DNA from: a virus
Taxonomy: Duplodnaviria > Caudoviricetes
Strand: one strand, 5' to 3'
IMG/VR virus record: IMGVR_UViG_3300022666_000342
Coordinates: 1 to 57,826 of that record
Length of the DNA: 57,826 bases
The position numbers were made by a program, and so were the translations under genes. The notes under the pieces were generated by a model. That model had not been told where the DNA came from and searched no databases. It saw nothing but the letters and a program-made list of their open reading frames with translations. Shown here piece by piece: positions 1 through 9,439 of the stretch. How positions within the stretch are numbered: the stretch's first letter is position 1; each line of letters opens with the position of its first letter.

Positions 1-255
1 ATGAACGAGACGATGGACCGTAACGAGGAATGGCTTACCACCCAGGAAGCCGCAAAAGAATTTAGCTATTCAATCCCGTATTTCCACAAACTGGCCGGAC
101 AGAACAAAATCCGCCATATGAAGCGCGGACGCTTCCTGTTCGTTAACAAAACCGATCTCCAAGAACATAAGCGCCGCATGGACACCCTCGGCCCCCAAAA
201 GCACACATCCCGCGCGAGCGCGCCTGGAGGCACCAATGCCGCGATCTTCGACTAG
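1..255 (+). CDS. Excisionase-like / HTH_17 DNA-binding protein
   Basis: WLTTQEAAKEFSYS...KIRHMKRGRFLFV..DL fits the MerR/excisionase-type HTH pattern. Confidence 0.75.
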   Translation: MNETMDRNEEWLTTQEAAKEFSYSIPYFHKLAGQNKIRHMKRGRFLFVNKTDLQEHKRRMDTLGPQKHTSRASAPGGTNAAIFD

Positions 256-448
256 CGACACTACGCAGTACGCATGCGATTCAAACACCCTGGAGATCTG
301 GATTAAAACCGGCTATATCTCCGAGGATGGAGCAAAGGAATTGATCGACGAGGGAAAAGTCCTCGATACGCGGAAATCCCGCCACAACAGCAATGCCACC
401 CGGCGCTGGGGAGGCACAGTAAAAGTCAGTAGATCTTCTGGAACCTGA
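236..448 (+). CDS. Hypothetical protein
   Basis: GGAGG RBS upstream of the ATG; overlaps the previous gene. Confidence 0.45.
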   Translation: MPRSSTSDTTQYACDSNTLEIWIKTGYISEDGAKELIDEGKVLDTRKSRHNSNATRRWGGTVKVSRSSGT

Positions 449-495
449 TTCCCTGGTGGGACTCAGCGCAGTGGGTCCGATTCCCACAGGTTCTA
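439..495 (+). ncRNA. tRNA-like structure lacking an anticodon arm (putative)
   Basis: Acceptor-like stem GAACCT(441-446)/AGGTTC(488-493), T-arm-like GTGGG-TCCGATT-CCCAC (471-487), D-arm-like hairpin with TGGT loop (447-464). Confidence 0.3.
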
Positions 496-815
496 ATCCG
501 GGCACACGGCACCCGGAACCTCCTTGGGCAAAGGGGCTGGGACAATTGGAAGCTCAGCCCCGCGGGGAGGACAAACGCAGAATGCCACCGGTGCTCCAAC
601 CGCCGGCCGCAGAGAGGCAACCGCAGACAGATGGGAGAAAACGCAATCAGACGGGCCAGCGCCCCGCCGAGACCGGCTCGGATCGCCGGCAGCCTTTCCG
701 TCAGGGAAGACTGACGCCCACCTACAATTGAATATGGTAACGGATTATCAGGGAGAGCCGAGCGCCGATGAATACGGCGCTCGGCACCAAAAAACAAAAC
801 GAAAGGAGTAGGGGG

Positions 816-1049
816 ATGGCAGACTGGACAGCCGGCGAGCAAATGCAAGGGAAAGAAGTCTACACGATCAAGCCAATCGTCGTAGCCACAGGGACCTCGA
901 AGAAGTCAACCATCCCCAGCGGAGCCAGTGGTTACTGCGTTTCAGATGTGTGGGAGCCATGGCATATCCTCGCCGTTAAGTTCCGCATTTTCGGCCTCTG
1001 CATCGTCAACCGCGACGATATCTGGATCTGCGGAATGGTTCGAAAATGA
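816..1049 (+). CDS. Hypothetical protein
   Basis: ATG at 816 after GAAAGGAG RBS, preceded by a GC hairpin at 757-785. Confidence 0.6.
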   Translation: MADWTAGEQMQGKEVYTIKPIVVATGTSKKSTIPSGASGYCVSDVWEPWHILAVKFRIFGLCIVNRDDIWICGMVRK

Positions 1050-1285
1050 GCGGAGCCATGATAAAACCGATCAATAAAAACCGTAAACCCTGCAACAGTT
1101 GTCAGGAAACCCGCTCCCACCTTCACAAATGCGTCGCCTGCGGCGGCGGTTTCTGCGGCAGCTGCTCAATCAAGACGACGGACGGTCTGCACGACGTCCG
1201 CGTTTGTTTATCCCGTCACTGCCGCGCCCAACTGGTCCAGATCCGCCGGGAAAACCGGCAGTGGATCGGTGAGGTAGCCGCATGA
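1046..1285 (+). CDS. Small Cys-rich zinc-finger protein
   Basis: CNSC...CVAC...CGSC...CLSRHC; ATGA coupling to neighbours. Confidence 0.65.
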   Translation: MSGAMIKPINKNRKPCNSCQETRSHLHKCVACGGGFCGSCSIKTTDGLHDVRVCLSRHCRAQLVQIRRENRQWIGEVAA

Positions 1286-1578
1286 TAAAGCCGGCCTGGG
1301 CGGTCGGTCTGCTGCTGGTCATCGCGTCGGCATGCGCCGGCGAAGCCTATGCTGCAGTAGCCGATCGGGGACAGGCATGCGCCGAGGATACGCTGAGGAT
1401 CGACGATATGATCGTCGCCGGCAATCCTGCGGCACGACTGGAAGCCGCGGCTCTGGTGAGTCGAGCCGCAAACTGGTGTATGAGCGCCGACGAAGAAGAA
1501 CTCGCGACGGCTCAAGCCTGCCTATCTGTAGCCCTGGACATAGACGCCAGAGCCGAATCCATACAGGAGCAGCCGTGA
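1282..1578 (+). CDS. Hypothetical secreted/membrane protein
   Basis: N-terminal hydrophobic signal-like segment; translationally coupled. Confidence 0.55.
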   Translation: MIKPAWAVGLLLVIASACAGEAYAAVADRGQACAEDTLRIDDMIVAGNPAARLEAAALVSRAANWCMSADEEELATAQACLSVALDIDARAESIQEQP

Positions 1579-2765
1579 TGAACGACAAAAGCATGGTCCG
1601 AGTAGAAAGGGGAGTTATCCCCTTCGCCATGATTAACCTGGCTATTTTGGAGAACGCCACCCTTTCCTGGAAAGCAAAGGGAATCCTGGCGTATTGCCTC
1701 AGCCGCCCAGACAACTGGACAATCAACCTGACCGACCTGATCCGCCGCTCTCCAGACGGATCAGCCGCTGTCCGCAGCGCTCTGGAAGAGCTGGAGCTGG
1801 CCGGGTACATGGTGCGGATCGAAGTCCGCGAAAAGGGGCGATTCTCCAGATACGACATCGTAGTCTACAGCGAACCGATGCCAGAGGAAAAGCGGAGCAG
1901 CCCGGACCAGCGCCGCAAGAAGCGCAAGGCCAAGGTGGAAAATCTCCCTTGGGGAGAGCCGCTCGAATTGTCCAGCTGGGACAATACATCGGCCGAACCC
2001 GACTTCGACCCGAATTATATCCCAGAAACCCCGCCGGAGCCGGAAATGAATGCTTCACCGTATTGCGGTTTTCCGCAATCGGAAAATCCGCAAGCGGAAA
2101 AACCGCAAGCGGAAAATCGCAAACATAATTATATTAATAAGAGTATAAGAGAAGAAGAGGGAGAAGAAAAAACGCCCGCGCGCGAAACTTTACCTTCAAA
2201 ACCTCTTACCCCAGAAACGCCGCCTGAGAATCCCCAGGGAAATCAGATTGTCGGAAAAATCGCCAAAATGTACGAACAGGAAATTGGAATGATTACCCCG
2301 TTCGTCCGCGAAGACATCCTTGATCTGATCAAGACCTGTGACGATCCAGAGCGCTGGGAAGCCGTATTCAGGGCATCTGTAGGGAAAGGTTATCGATGGG
2401 GATGGATCAAGAAATGCATCCAGAACCCGGAAGCCGGAAACCTCGCCCGGGCCCCGCAGCCGGCCACCGCCGGCCAGCAACGTGGGAAAGCCCCGGCCTC
2501 AGTCCAGGCCCCGCCGGCCGTCGCCATTATCAACGAAATCTACAGCCCGCAAAGGCTGCCCGAATATCAATACGAAAATGTCGCCGGATTTACCGATCTC
2601 GACCTTCTGCGATGCATCCTGCAGGCTGGCAAGCTGCTGGGCTGGAAAGGCGATAACATCGCCTGGATGCGCGATTATTACAACCGAAAAGAAATCCCAG
2701 CCGTCAAAAAGCAGGAAAGCAAAAAGCCGGCGATCGTCGCCCCGGTCGGTCAGACCTTCAGATAA
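1578..2765 (+). CDS. Phage replication initiator (N-terminal winged HTH, DnaD-like C-terminal region)
   Basis: LSWKAKGILAYCLSRPDNW...VRSALEELELAGY HTH motif; YEQEIGMITP DnaD-like segment; directly upstream of the helicase; start at the TGATG overlap. Confidence 0.8.
   Translation: MNDKSMVRVERGVIPFAMINLAILENATLSWKAKGILAYCLSRPDNWTINLTDLIRRSPDGSAAVRSALEELELAGYMVRIEVREKGRFSRYDIVVYSEPMPEEKRSSPDQRRKKRKAKVENLPWGEPLELSSWDNTSAEPDFDPNYIPETPPEPEMNASPYCGFPQSENPQAEKPQAENRKHNYINKSIREEEGEEKTPARETLPSKPLTPETPPENPQGNQIVGKIAKMYEQEIGMITPFVREDILDLIKTCDDPERWEAVFRASVGKGYRWGWIKKCIQNPEAGNLARAPQPATAGQQRGKAPASVQAPPAVAIINEIYSPQRLPEYQYENVAGFTDLDLLRCILQAGKLLGWKGDNIAWMRDYYNRKEIPAVKKQESKKPAIVAPVGQTFR
2063..2148. repeat. 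Putative replication origin: ~15-bp iterons plus AT-rich tract inside the initiator gene
   Basis: TTGCGGTTTTCCGCAA-TCGGAAAATCCGCAA-GCGGAAAAACCGCAA-GCGGAAAATCGCAA followed by ACATAATTATATTAATAAGAGTATAA. Confidence 0.7.
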
Positions 2766-2788
2766 AAGGATTCCCAGGGAGGAACAAA

Positions 2789-4168
2789 ATGCCGAAAGCC
2801 GAATCCATCCCGCAAAATATCGACGCTGAGGAAGCCCTGCTCGGATCGCTCATGATCGATCCTGGATGCGCCGCCCTCATCGATCCTATCGTAAAAGCGG
2901 AAGATTTCTACCTCCAAAAGCACAGTTGGGTCTATCAGGCAATCATGAAACTCTGGAAAGCCGGTCAGCCGTCAACCGATTACCTGCTGATCTGCAACGA
3001 GTTGTCCGCAAAAGAGCAGTTGGACCCGATTGGTGGACATGCTTACATTGCCCAACTGATCAACGCTGTTCCTTCGGCTTTGAACGCCGAGTCTTACGCC
3101 CAGGAAGTTGCAGAAATGTCCTACCGCCGCCGGCTGTTGAACATCGCCACAGATCTGGCGAAGGTTGCCTACGACTATGAAAATCACCCGGAGCCGGGCG
3201 CCAATACAATCGCCGGGAAAATCATGACCGCCGGGAAGCCGGAAAACGGTCCGGTAACGGCAGAAAAACTCGCCCAGGATTTCTACAACGATGTGGAATT
3301 CTGGTACCAGAACCCGCTCCAGTATGGGCAGGTTCGCGGATTGTCCACAGGACTAAAAGCGCTCGATATGCTGCTGGACGGAATCAAGCCCGGCCTTTTT
3401 ATCCTGGCCGGCAGAGCCTCAATGGGCAAGACCAACATGGCCCTGCAGCTGACTACCAACATCTGCCGGCAGGGAAAACGCGCCCTGTACATCACGGCAG
3501 AAATGAGCGCCAAGAAACTCTCCAACCGCATGATCTGTCAGGCCGCCCACGTTGACTCGAAGCGAGTTGAGAAAGGCTGGATCAGCGATAGCGAATGGCC
3601 GACGATCACACAGGCCATGGACGAGTTCTCCGGCTTTGATCTGGTAATCGACGATATCACGCAACAATCGACGCTCAGCAGGGTCCGCTCGACCATTTAC
3701 CGGGAACACAACCGGAAGCCGGTCGATTTCCTGGTCGTCGACTATCTTGGCCTGTTGGCGAACGATGAACGCGACAAAAGCGACCGCAAAGCCGAGAATC
3801 GGAACATTGAATTGGGAAATCTGGCCCGGCACCTGCTGCTGATGTCGGCGTCGCTGCAGATCCCAATCTTCGCCCTGCATCAGGTCGGCAGAGCCGTCGA
3901 GAGCCGAGAGGATAAGCGGCCCCAGATGGGCGACTTATATGAGTCCGGTCATCTGGAGCAGCACGCCGACGTGGTCGCGTTTGTATACCGGGATTCGGTT
4001 TACAACGAAGCTACCGAGAAACCCAATATTCTTGAATTTATCGTCCGAAAGAACCGGTCCGGCATCATCGGCACCGCCGAACTATTCTGGGGAAGATTCG
4101 CTGAAATCAGCAACGCCTCGCCGATCGGCGAGCAGCTGCAAAACTTCGACATGGAAATGGCGCAGTGA
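2789..4168 (+). CDS. dnaB: Replicative DNA helicase
   Basis: PQNIDAEEALLGS N-terminus, Walker A AGRASMGKT, VVDYLGL, DLYESGHLEQHADVV, VRKNRSG. Confidence 0.95.
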   Translation: MPKAESIPQNIDAEEALLGSLMIDPGCAALIDPIVKAEDFYLQKHSWVYQAIMKLWKAGQPSTDYLLICNELSAKEQLDPIGGHAYIAQLINAVPSALNAESYAQEVAEMSYRRRLLNIATDLAKVAYDYENHPEPGANTIAGKIMTAGKPENGPVTAEKLAQDFYNDVEFWYQNPLQYGQVRGLSTGLKALDMLLDGIKPGLFILAGRASMGKTNMALQLTTNICRQGKRALYITAEMSAKKLSNRMICQAAHVDSKRVEKGWISDSEWPTITQAMDEFSGFDLVIDDITQQSTLSRVRSTIYREHNRKPVDFLVVDYLGLLANDERDKSDRKAENRNIELGNLARHLLLMSASLQIPIFALHQVGRAVESREDKRPQMGDLYESGHLEQHADVVAFVYRDSVYNEATEKPNILEFIVRKNRSGIIGTAELFWGRFAEISNASPIGEQLQNFDMEMAQ

Positions 4169-4180
4169 AAACGCTAAAGG

Positions 4181-4202
4181 TATCTGCAAACGTTTGCAGA
4201 TA
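4181..4202. promoter_or_regulatory. Palindrome copy 1 (TATCTGCAAACGTTTGCAGATA)
   Basis: Perfect palindrome, intergenic after dnaB; core repeated at 15935, 32141 and 41842. Confidence 0.85.
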
Positions 4203-4216
4203 GGAAAGGGAAAACG

Positions 4217-4480
4217 ATGAACGCACAGCAAGCCCTGAATATGATAGACCTTCCGGTCCGGGCCCTGGTTTATGGGAACACGGTTTGCAAAGAACTTCGC
4301 GCCTTGGGAGCAGAGCTGGACCAGAAAGAGGAAAAGAAAATCATCAATCTGGCACGTGGGATCTTGACGGCCTGGACGATCGAATACGCAGCCGGCCGGA
4401 ATATTGATCTGCCGCCGGCCCATGAGATTGCCGAAATCCACATCGAACAAAACCCGCAACTGAGAGGGAGTGCTAAATGA
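4217..4480 (+). CDS. Hypothetical protein
   Basis: ORF with purine-rich RBS; coupled to the next gene. Confidence 0.6.
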   Translation: MNAQQALNMIDLPVRALVYGNTVCKELRALGAELDQKEEKKIINLARGILTAWTIEYAAGRNIDLPPAHEIAEIHIEQNPQLRGSAK

Positions 4481-5466
4481 CTGAATCCCGCGAGATCCGC
4501 GTAATAACCCTGTTAAGCGCCGGCATGGTCTTCTTCCTGGCCGCCGCAGCGTTCGTGCTCAGCTACGAAGCGCTGCACCAGCTGGCCCTGAGCAACGGCA
4601 TCAGCCCGACCCTGGCCTGGCTTTTTCCTCTGGTCGTCGACGGCGCGATGATCACGGCCAGCCTCGCCGTGATGAGAAACTCGCTCCTGCAGGAGCACAC
4701 GCTGTACCAGTGGGGATTGGTCGGGTTATTCACTGCCGCGAGTATCGTGTTCAACGTGCTGCATGCCCAGGACAATCTGCTCGCCCGGGTCATCGGCGGC
4801 ACTGCACCGGTCTCGCTTTTCCTCGGGTACGAGTTGCTGATGGGCCAGATCCGCAGCAACGTTACCCGCCGCAGCGTCGCCGCCAGCCTCCAGGACCTGG
4901 AGCGCAAAGGGACCGAGCTGGCGCAGCAGCTGCGCGACCTCGAAGCGCAGATCGCGCAGGCCGGCGCAGATATCGCGCAAGCGGCCGCGGATCTGGACGC
5001 AAAGCGCGCGCAGATCGCGCAGGAAGACGCCGCAGCCCGCGCAGCCGCCGCGCAGCGCGACGCAGAACTGGCGCGCCTCGCGGCGCAAGCGGAGCAGGAC
5101 TGGAAAGCCCGCGCCGAAGCTGCGCGCAAGGAAGCGCGAGAAGCGCAAACCGCCGCGAAAGAAGCGCGGCAGCAGCGCGACGCATTGACGCAGGAAATCG
5201 AGCAACTGCGCATGGAGCGCGAACGAGCCGCAGATCAGCGCGAATCGAACGCAGACCCCGCGCAGCCGGCGCAAGAAGAGCGCAGCGCACGCATCACCCC
5301 CGCAGCATGGCGCGCAATCTGCGCCGGTTTGAACGGCCAGCGCGCGCAGATGACCGCAGATGCAGTGAATGAGATCCTTTCCGCGCGCGGATTCGCGCCG
5401 CTGAAAGAACGCACCGCGCAGGAATACGCCAAGACCGCGCGGGAGATGGCGCAGGTCGAAAATTAA
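4477..5466 (+). CDS. DUF2637-like membrane protein with coiled-coil C-terminus
   Basis: Four TM segments (AFVLSYEALHQLA...AWLFPLVVDG...SIVFNVLHA), then an Ala/Gln/Arg coiled coil. Confidence 0.7.
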   Translation: MTESREIRVITLLSAGMVFFLAAAAFVLSYEALHQLALSNGISPTLAWLFPLVVDGAMITASLAVMRNSLLQEHTLYQWGLVGLFTAASIVFNVLHAQDNLLARVIGGTAPVSLFLGYELLMGQIRSNVTRRSVAASLQDLERKGTELAQQLRDLEAQIAQAGADIAQAAADLDAKRAQIAQEDAAARAAAAQRDAELARLAAQAEQDWKARAEAARKEAREAQTAAKEARQQRDALTQEIEQLRMERERAADQRESNADPAQPAQEERSARITPAAWRAICAGLNGQRAQMTADAVNEILSARGFAPLKERTAQEYAKTAREMAQVEN

Positions 5467-5479
5467 AAGGAGTCACGAA

Positions 5480-5866
5480 ATGAACGGATTTTTAACTGCT
5501 GAAACCGAAATGCTGTTGTTACAAGACTTCCTGACGATCCTGCGCGACCTCGTTGGCGCACAAGAAGGCGAAAGCCTCTACGTGAAAATCCGCCAAATTG
5601 TCGCGGAGCGTGATTCATTGAAAGAAAAAGCCCAAAGACTTCAAGATGATTTGGATATCAGCAACGAAACCTTCGAGGACATGAAGAAAACCATGCGTTG
5701 CCCCGATGGCAGGAAAATCGACGAACACTTCGAAGTCATGATGCGGAAGGCCGACTTGCTCGATAAAGCGGTTGGTCTGCTTGAGGGATGCCAGGGTAGC
5801 ACGTTGACTCTAGATCAGAGAGCATACATCTGCAAATTCCTGGAAGAAGTTGCGGAGAGTAAGTGA
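5480..5866 (+). CDS. Hypothetical coiled-coil protein
   Basis: AAGGAG RBS; in operon. Confidence 0.65.
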   Translation: MNGFLTAETEMLLLQDFLTILRDLVGAQEGESLYVKIRQIVAERDSLKEKAQRLQDDLDISNETFEDMKKTMRCPDGRKIDEHFEVMMRKADLLDKAVGLLEGCQGSTLTLDQRAYICKFLEEVAESK

Positions 5867-6222
5867 CCAACGCTTACACGGTCTTTGTTCCCGGAAAGCC
5901 GATATCAAAAGAGCGCCCGCGGTTCGGAAAAAACGGGAACGTCTACACACCCAGGAAAACCCACAACTATGAGCAGTTGGTCAAGACCTACTATCGCGGC
6001 CCATTTTTCCAGGGGGAAGTAAAAATCGAATTGATCTTTGTGCTGCCGGACCGGCGGCGCGTCGATGTGGACAATTTGGTCAAGTCCGTTCTGGACGGCC
6101 TGAACGGGAAAGCCTGGACCGACGACTGCCAAGTCGTGAGCCTCCAGGCCGACAAATTCACCGGGGACGAACCCGGCGTCACCATCACCATCCAGGAAGC
6201 AGAGGAGGAGCGGAATGCCTAA
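5863..6222 (+). CDS. rusA: RusA-family Holliday junction resolvase
   Basis: VPGKPISKERPRF...DVDNLVKSVLDGLNGKAWTDDCQV catalytic Asp pattern. Confidence 0.9.
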   Translation: MTNAYTVFVPGKPISKERPRFGKNGNVYTPRKTHNYEQLVKTYYRGPFFQGEVKIELIFVLPDRRRVDVDNLVKSVLDGLNGKAWTDDCQVVSLQADKFTGDEPGVTITIQEAEEERNA

Positions 6223-6664
6223 GGGATTTATGGGCGGTATTTTTATGATTGCTGTTTTCATCATTCTGTTTACGCTGGCCGGCGCTCTTATCTCGCAATC
6301 CTGGGCTACGGCCCGCGCCGCCGACGCGGCAGCGATCGCCGCCGCCGGCCAGACGACTTCGGTGGTCGGCGTGACGATCATGGCGATCGGCATGGTGATC
6401 GTTGTCGTAACTGCTGCGACCGCCGTCGCATTCCTGGCCTGGAAGGTGACAAAGCTGCAGATGGAGCTGGAACGCCGGACCCAGATCCCGACCGCTGAAG
6501 CGCTGCTGGCGCAGAACACCCGCCGGCGCGCCGCGATCGCTACGCCCGTGCGGAACGCTGACGGCTATCAGATCGGCACGCAGGCCCAGTGGGAGCGACT
6601 CCCGCTGGAAGTCGAAGACTCAGACCCAGCCCCGATTATCCCCGCCGGATGGTGGCCGCAGTGA
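6215..6664 (+). CDS. Two-TM membrane protein
   Basis: Two long hydrophobic segments. Confidence 0.65.
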   Translation: MPKGFMGGIFMIAVFIILFTLAGALISQSWATARAADAAAIAAAGQTTSVVGVTIMAIGMVIVVVTAATAVAFLAWKVTKLQMELERRTQIPTAEALLAQNTRRRAAIATPVRNADGYQIGTQAQWERLPLEVEDSDPAPIIPAGWWPQ

Positions 6665-7788
6665 AGGCCCGCTCCCTGGCCCCCTGGGCAATCTGCGCCG
6701 GCCTCATCCTGACCACAGCCTGCACTGCCGCCGGCAGCTCGCCGGCGATGTACGCAGCCTCCGCCGCGCCAGTGGTTACCTCGTCGGATCTCCAGCCAAC
6801 CATTGCGGCCGCCCAGGTTGAAGCCTACCTTGCCGAGATCGAAGCCCGGCAAGGAGCCGAACGTTATCAGGTCACACTCAACGCTGCGTATGCGGCCAGC
6901 ACGGCCACGGCCCAGGCCCAACACGCGACAGCTACCGCTCGCGCATGGGAAGCCCAGGAACGCGCCGCCGCTCAAAGCGCGACGGCCACCGCTATGGCAT
7001 GGCAGACAACGGTCCAGGCCCAGCAGGCGCAAGCCACCGCGACCTCCCAGGCCCAACAGGCGACGGCCACCGCCGATGCGGAGCGCTTCCATGCCCAAGC
7101 TACTGCAACAGAGAGCGCCCTGCGCGCCCAGGCGCAAGCCACAGCCATGGCCTGGGGAATGCAGGCAACCGCGACCGCCGAGGCATGGCGCACGCAGGCG
7201 ACAGTCCAGGCCGCCCAGGCCGACAAGGCCCGGCTGGACGCGGAGCGGGAGCGGATGATCTACCCACTGAAGGCCTTCGGCCCCTGGGCTATCCTGGCGA
7301 TGGCCGTAGTTTTCATTTTGTGGGGCGGGTATCGGCTCGTCGGAGCCCTGGAGATGCGGCTGCGCGTCGTCAATCGAGATGCGCGCGGCGACGCCCCCCT
7401 GTTGGTCCTGCGGACCGGTCGTCTGGGGATCGCCGTCGTCGACGCCGACCGCTCGATGGGCCCGGCTACGCTCCTGATGAACGACAGCGTGAGCCAGCCG
7501 GCCCTGGCCGACCCGGATCGGCAGGCCCAGGTCACCGCCCGCGATCAGGCCGTCGATCTGGCCCATCGGGGATTGCCGGCCGGCAGCGAAGCCCAGAAGA
7601 AGCGCGTCGCCCAGGCCGCCCGAATGTTGACCGCCGAACCGCAGCCGGAGCCCGTCGAACCCAGGCCGCTGCCGGCCGGTTTGCGGATCGTACCGCCGGC
7701 TGAAGTGCGCCGCTGGCTGGACGATGTGAAGCCGAAGGCCCTGGCCGCCGCCATCACAGACAGAGAAATCATCGGGGAGGAAAAGTAA
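6661..7788 (+). CDS. Putative lipoprotein/membrane protein with ATATA-rich helical repeats
   Basis: GTG start overlapping the previous stop, lipobox-like ILTTAC, repeated QATATA units, second TM segment WAILAMAVVFILWGG. Confidence 0.65.
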   Translation: MKARSLAPWAICAGLILTTACTAAGSSPAMYAASAAPVVTSSDLQPTIAAAQVEAYLAEIEARQGAERYQVTLNAAYAASTATAQAQHATATARAWEAQERAAAQSATATAMAWQTTVQAQQAQATATSQAQQATATADAERFHAQATATESALRAQAQATAMAWGMQATATAEAWRTQATVQAAQADKARLDAERERMIYPLKAFGPWAILAMAVVFILWGGYRLVGALEMRLRVVNRDARGDAPLLVLRTGRLGIAVVDADRSMGPATLLMNDSVSQPALADPDRQAQVTARDQAVDLAHRGLPAGSEAQKKRVAQAARMLTAEPQPEPVEPRPLPAGLRIVPPAEVRRWLDDVKPKALAAAITDREIIGEEK

Positions 7789-8084
7789 TGGTTAAGCCGC
7801 TCGAAAAGCTCACCCTGAACGATCTGACAAAAGACCAACTCATCCAATTCATCCAGGATAACTACATCACGGTCCATCCGCGCGACATCGCCAGAGTCCT
7901 ATGGCACGCCACCGAAGTGTCCTGCCTGAAAGAGATGGAAGCCGCGAACGCCGACATGAAAAAAGCCAAAAGCTTGAAAGCAAAGACGGCCGCAAATAAC
8001 CGACTTGGTCGCGCCATGCTCACCGGAGCGAAAGCGGACGCGATGTATGACGCATGGTTCAGATCAAAGAAGGAGGAAGCGTGA
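7788..8084 (+). CDS. Hypothetical protein
   Basis: TAATG coupling; GGAGG RBS. Confidence 0.6.
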   Translation: MVKPLEKLTLNDLTKDQLIQFIQDNYITVHPRDIARVLWHATEVSCLKEMEAANADMKKAKSLKAKTAANNRLGRAMLTGAKADAMYDAWFRSKKEEA

Positions 8085-9391
8085 CCAACGCCATCGAAAT
8101 AACCCGCCCGCGGCAGGCCGAAGCTGCCGCCATTATGGAAGTTATCCCCTCGACTTTAAGCCGACGAGGACTGGCCCCGGAGTTCTGCGACTGGGCCCTG
8201 ACCGAGGAAGACGGAATGACCTGGCTCTTCGGCGCCATCGACACACAGAAAGTAGGACGCCTGGAAGCCTACATGAGCAACGACTTATTGCATCATCTCT
8301 CGACCGACCTCGGCGGCCGGCAGGTACATCTCAGCAACTCTTCCGGATTGCGCTACGCCGTGCTGCTTTCTCCGCCCCCGCAGCTGCCCAAGCGCGCCGA
8401 TTTCCCTGGCTTCCAACGCGGAGCCGTTCAGCTGGGCATTGACGCCGCCGGCCGGACCATCAAAGCAACCTGGGCGGATCTGGGCCATATGATGGTGCCC
8501 GGCATGACCCGCTCCGGGAAATCCGCTTTCCTGCGCATGTTGGTCTATCAGGCCCTGCTGGAAGGCTGCCGGCTGCTATTATCTGATGTAGACGGCGCAA
8601 CTTTCCCTATGCTGGAAGGCAACCCGGCCCTGCTGGCCCCGATCGCTGGCAGCGCGGAAGAAGCCCTGGAGATCGTCGAGTGCGCCCTGGCCGAGTGCGA
8701 AAACCGGTCGAACTTATTCAAATCTGCCCCCGGCTTCCCGGAGAAGCTGGAAGAATACAATACGGTCGCCGCCCGCGAAGGACTGCCGCAGCTACCCAGG
8801 ATCATCGTCATCCTGGACGAGTTCAATGCCACTGTTGCCGCCGGCGGCGGATATCGCGGAACGTTGGCCCGAGCAGCCGCCCGACTGGCATGGCGTGGGT
8901 TAAAATTCGGCATCACCCTGATCTTCGCCGCCCAGGATTTCAGCAAAGAGGTAGTCGGCCAAGTGAGGAATCAGGTCGGCACGGTGATCGGCTTCCGCGT
9001 CCGCAGCCTGGAGGTCGCCCGCCGGATGGGAATCGAGGACGCCTTCCGGATTGCTGCCAGCCGGCCAGGGACTGCCGTCACCGATCGCTGGGGACCGATG
9101 CAGGCCTTCTACCTGCCGAAGGAAGCCTTAGTGGAGCTGGCAGGGAAGATCGGACCGGTGGCCGCCAGGGGGATACTGACGCCGGCAGAACGAGAGATGG
9201 TTGCCTGGGCCCAGGCGGAGCGGGGCGGTCGGCTGACGATCCCAGATATCCAGGCCCGGATGGGAATCGGGCAAAAGCCAGCCCGCCGGCTGGCCGACGA
9301 ATGGGAAGCGCGCGGTTGGCTGAGAAAAGACGCGAACGAGAACAATGCGCGCGTGATAACGCCAGAATTGGCAAGAATTGCGACAGACTGA
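8081..9391 (+). CDS. FtsK/SpoIIIE-family DNA translocase with C-terminal winged-helix-like domain
   Basis: HMMVPGMTRSGKS Walker A, IIVILDEF Walker B, GITLIFAAQ; GTG start after AAGGAGG. Confidence 0.85.
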   Translation: MTNAIEITRPRQAEAAAIMEVIPSTLSRRGLAPEFCDWALTEEDGMTWLFGAIDTQKVGRLEAYMSNDLLHHLSTDLGGRQVHLSNSSGLRYAVLLSPPPQLPKRADFPGFQRGAVQLGIDAAGRTIKATWADLGHMMVPGMTRSGKSAFLRMLVYQALLEGCRLLLSDVDGATFPMLEGNPALLAPIAGSAEEALEIVECALAECENRSNLFKSAPGFPEKLEEYNTVAAREGLPQLPRIIVILDEFNATVAAGGGYRGTLARAAARLAWRGLKFGITLIFAAQDFSKEVVGQVRNQVGTVIGFRVRSLEVARRMGIEDAFRIAASRPGTAVTDRWGPMQAFYLPKEALVELAGKIGPVAARGILTPAEREMVAWAQAERGGRLTIPDIQARMGIGQKPARRLADEWEARGWLRKDANENNARVITPELARIATD

Positions 9392-9439
9392 CCGGCCCGA
9401 CAGACTCGACAGACCGACAGACTGCCAAAAAGGAGCAGA

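Noticed and set aside
439-495. Functional tRNA gene or tRNA-derived att site
   Set aside because: There is no anticodon arm, the T-loop is non-canonical, no CCA is encoded and no integrase is nearby. Kept only as a tRNA-like structure.
1332-1577. N-terminal extension of the replication initiator in the ORF track
   Set aside because: It overlaps 1282-1578 and is Arg-rich noise. The coupled ATG at 1578 with a GGAG RBS is the better start.
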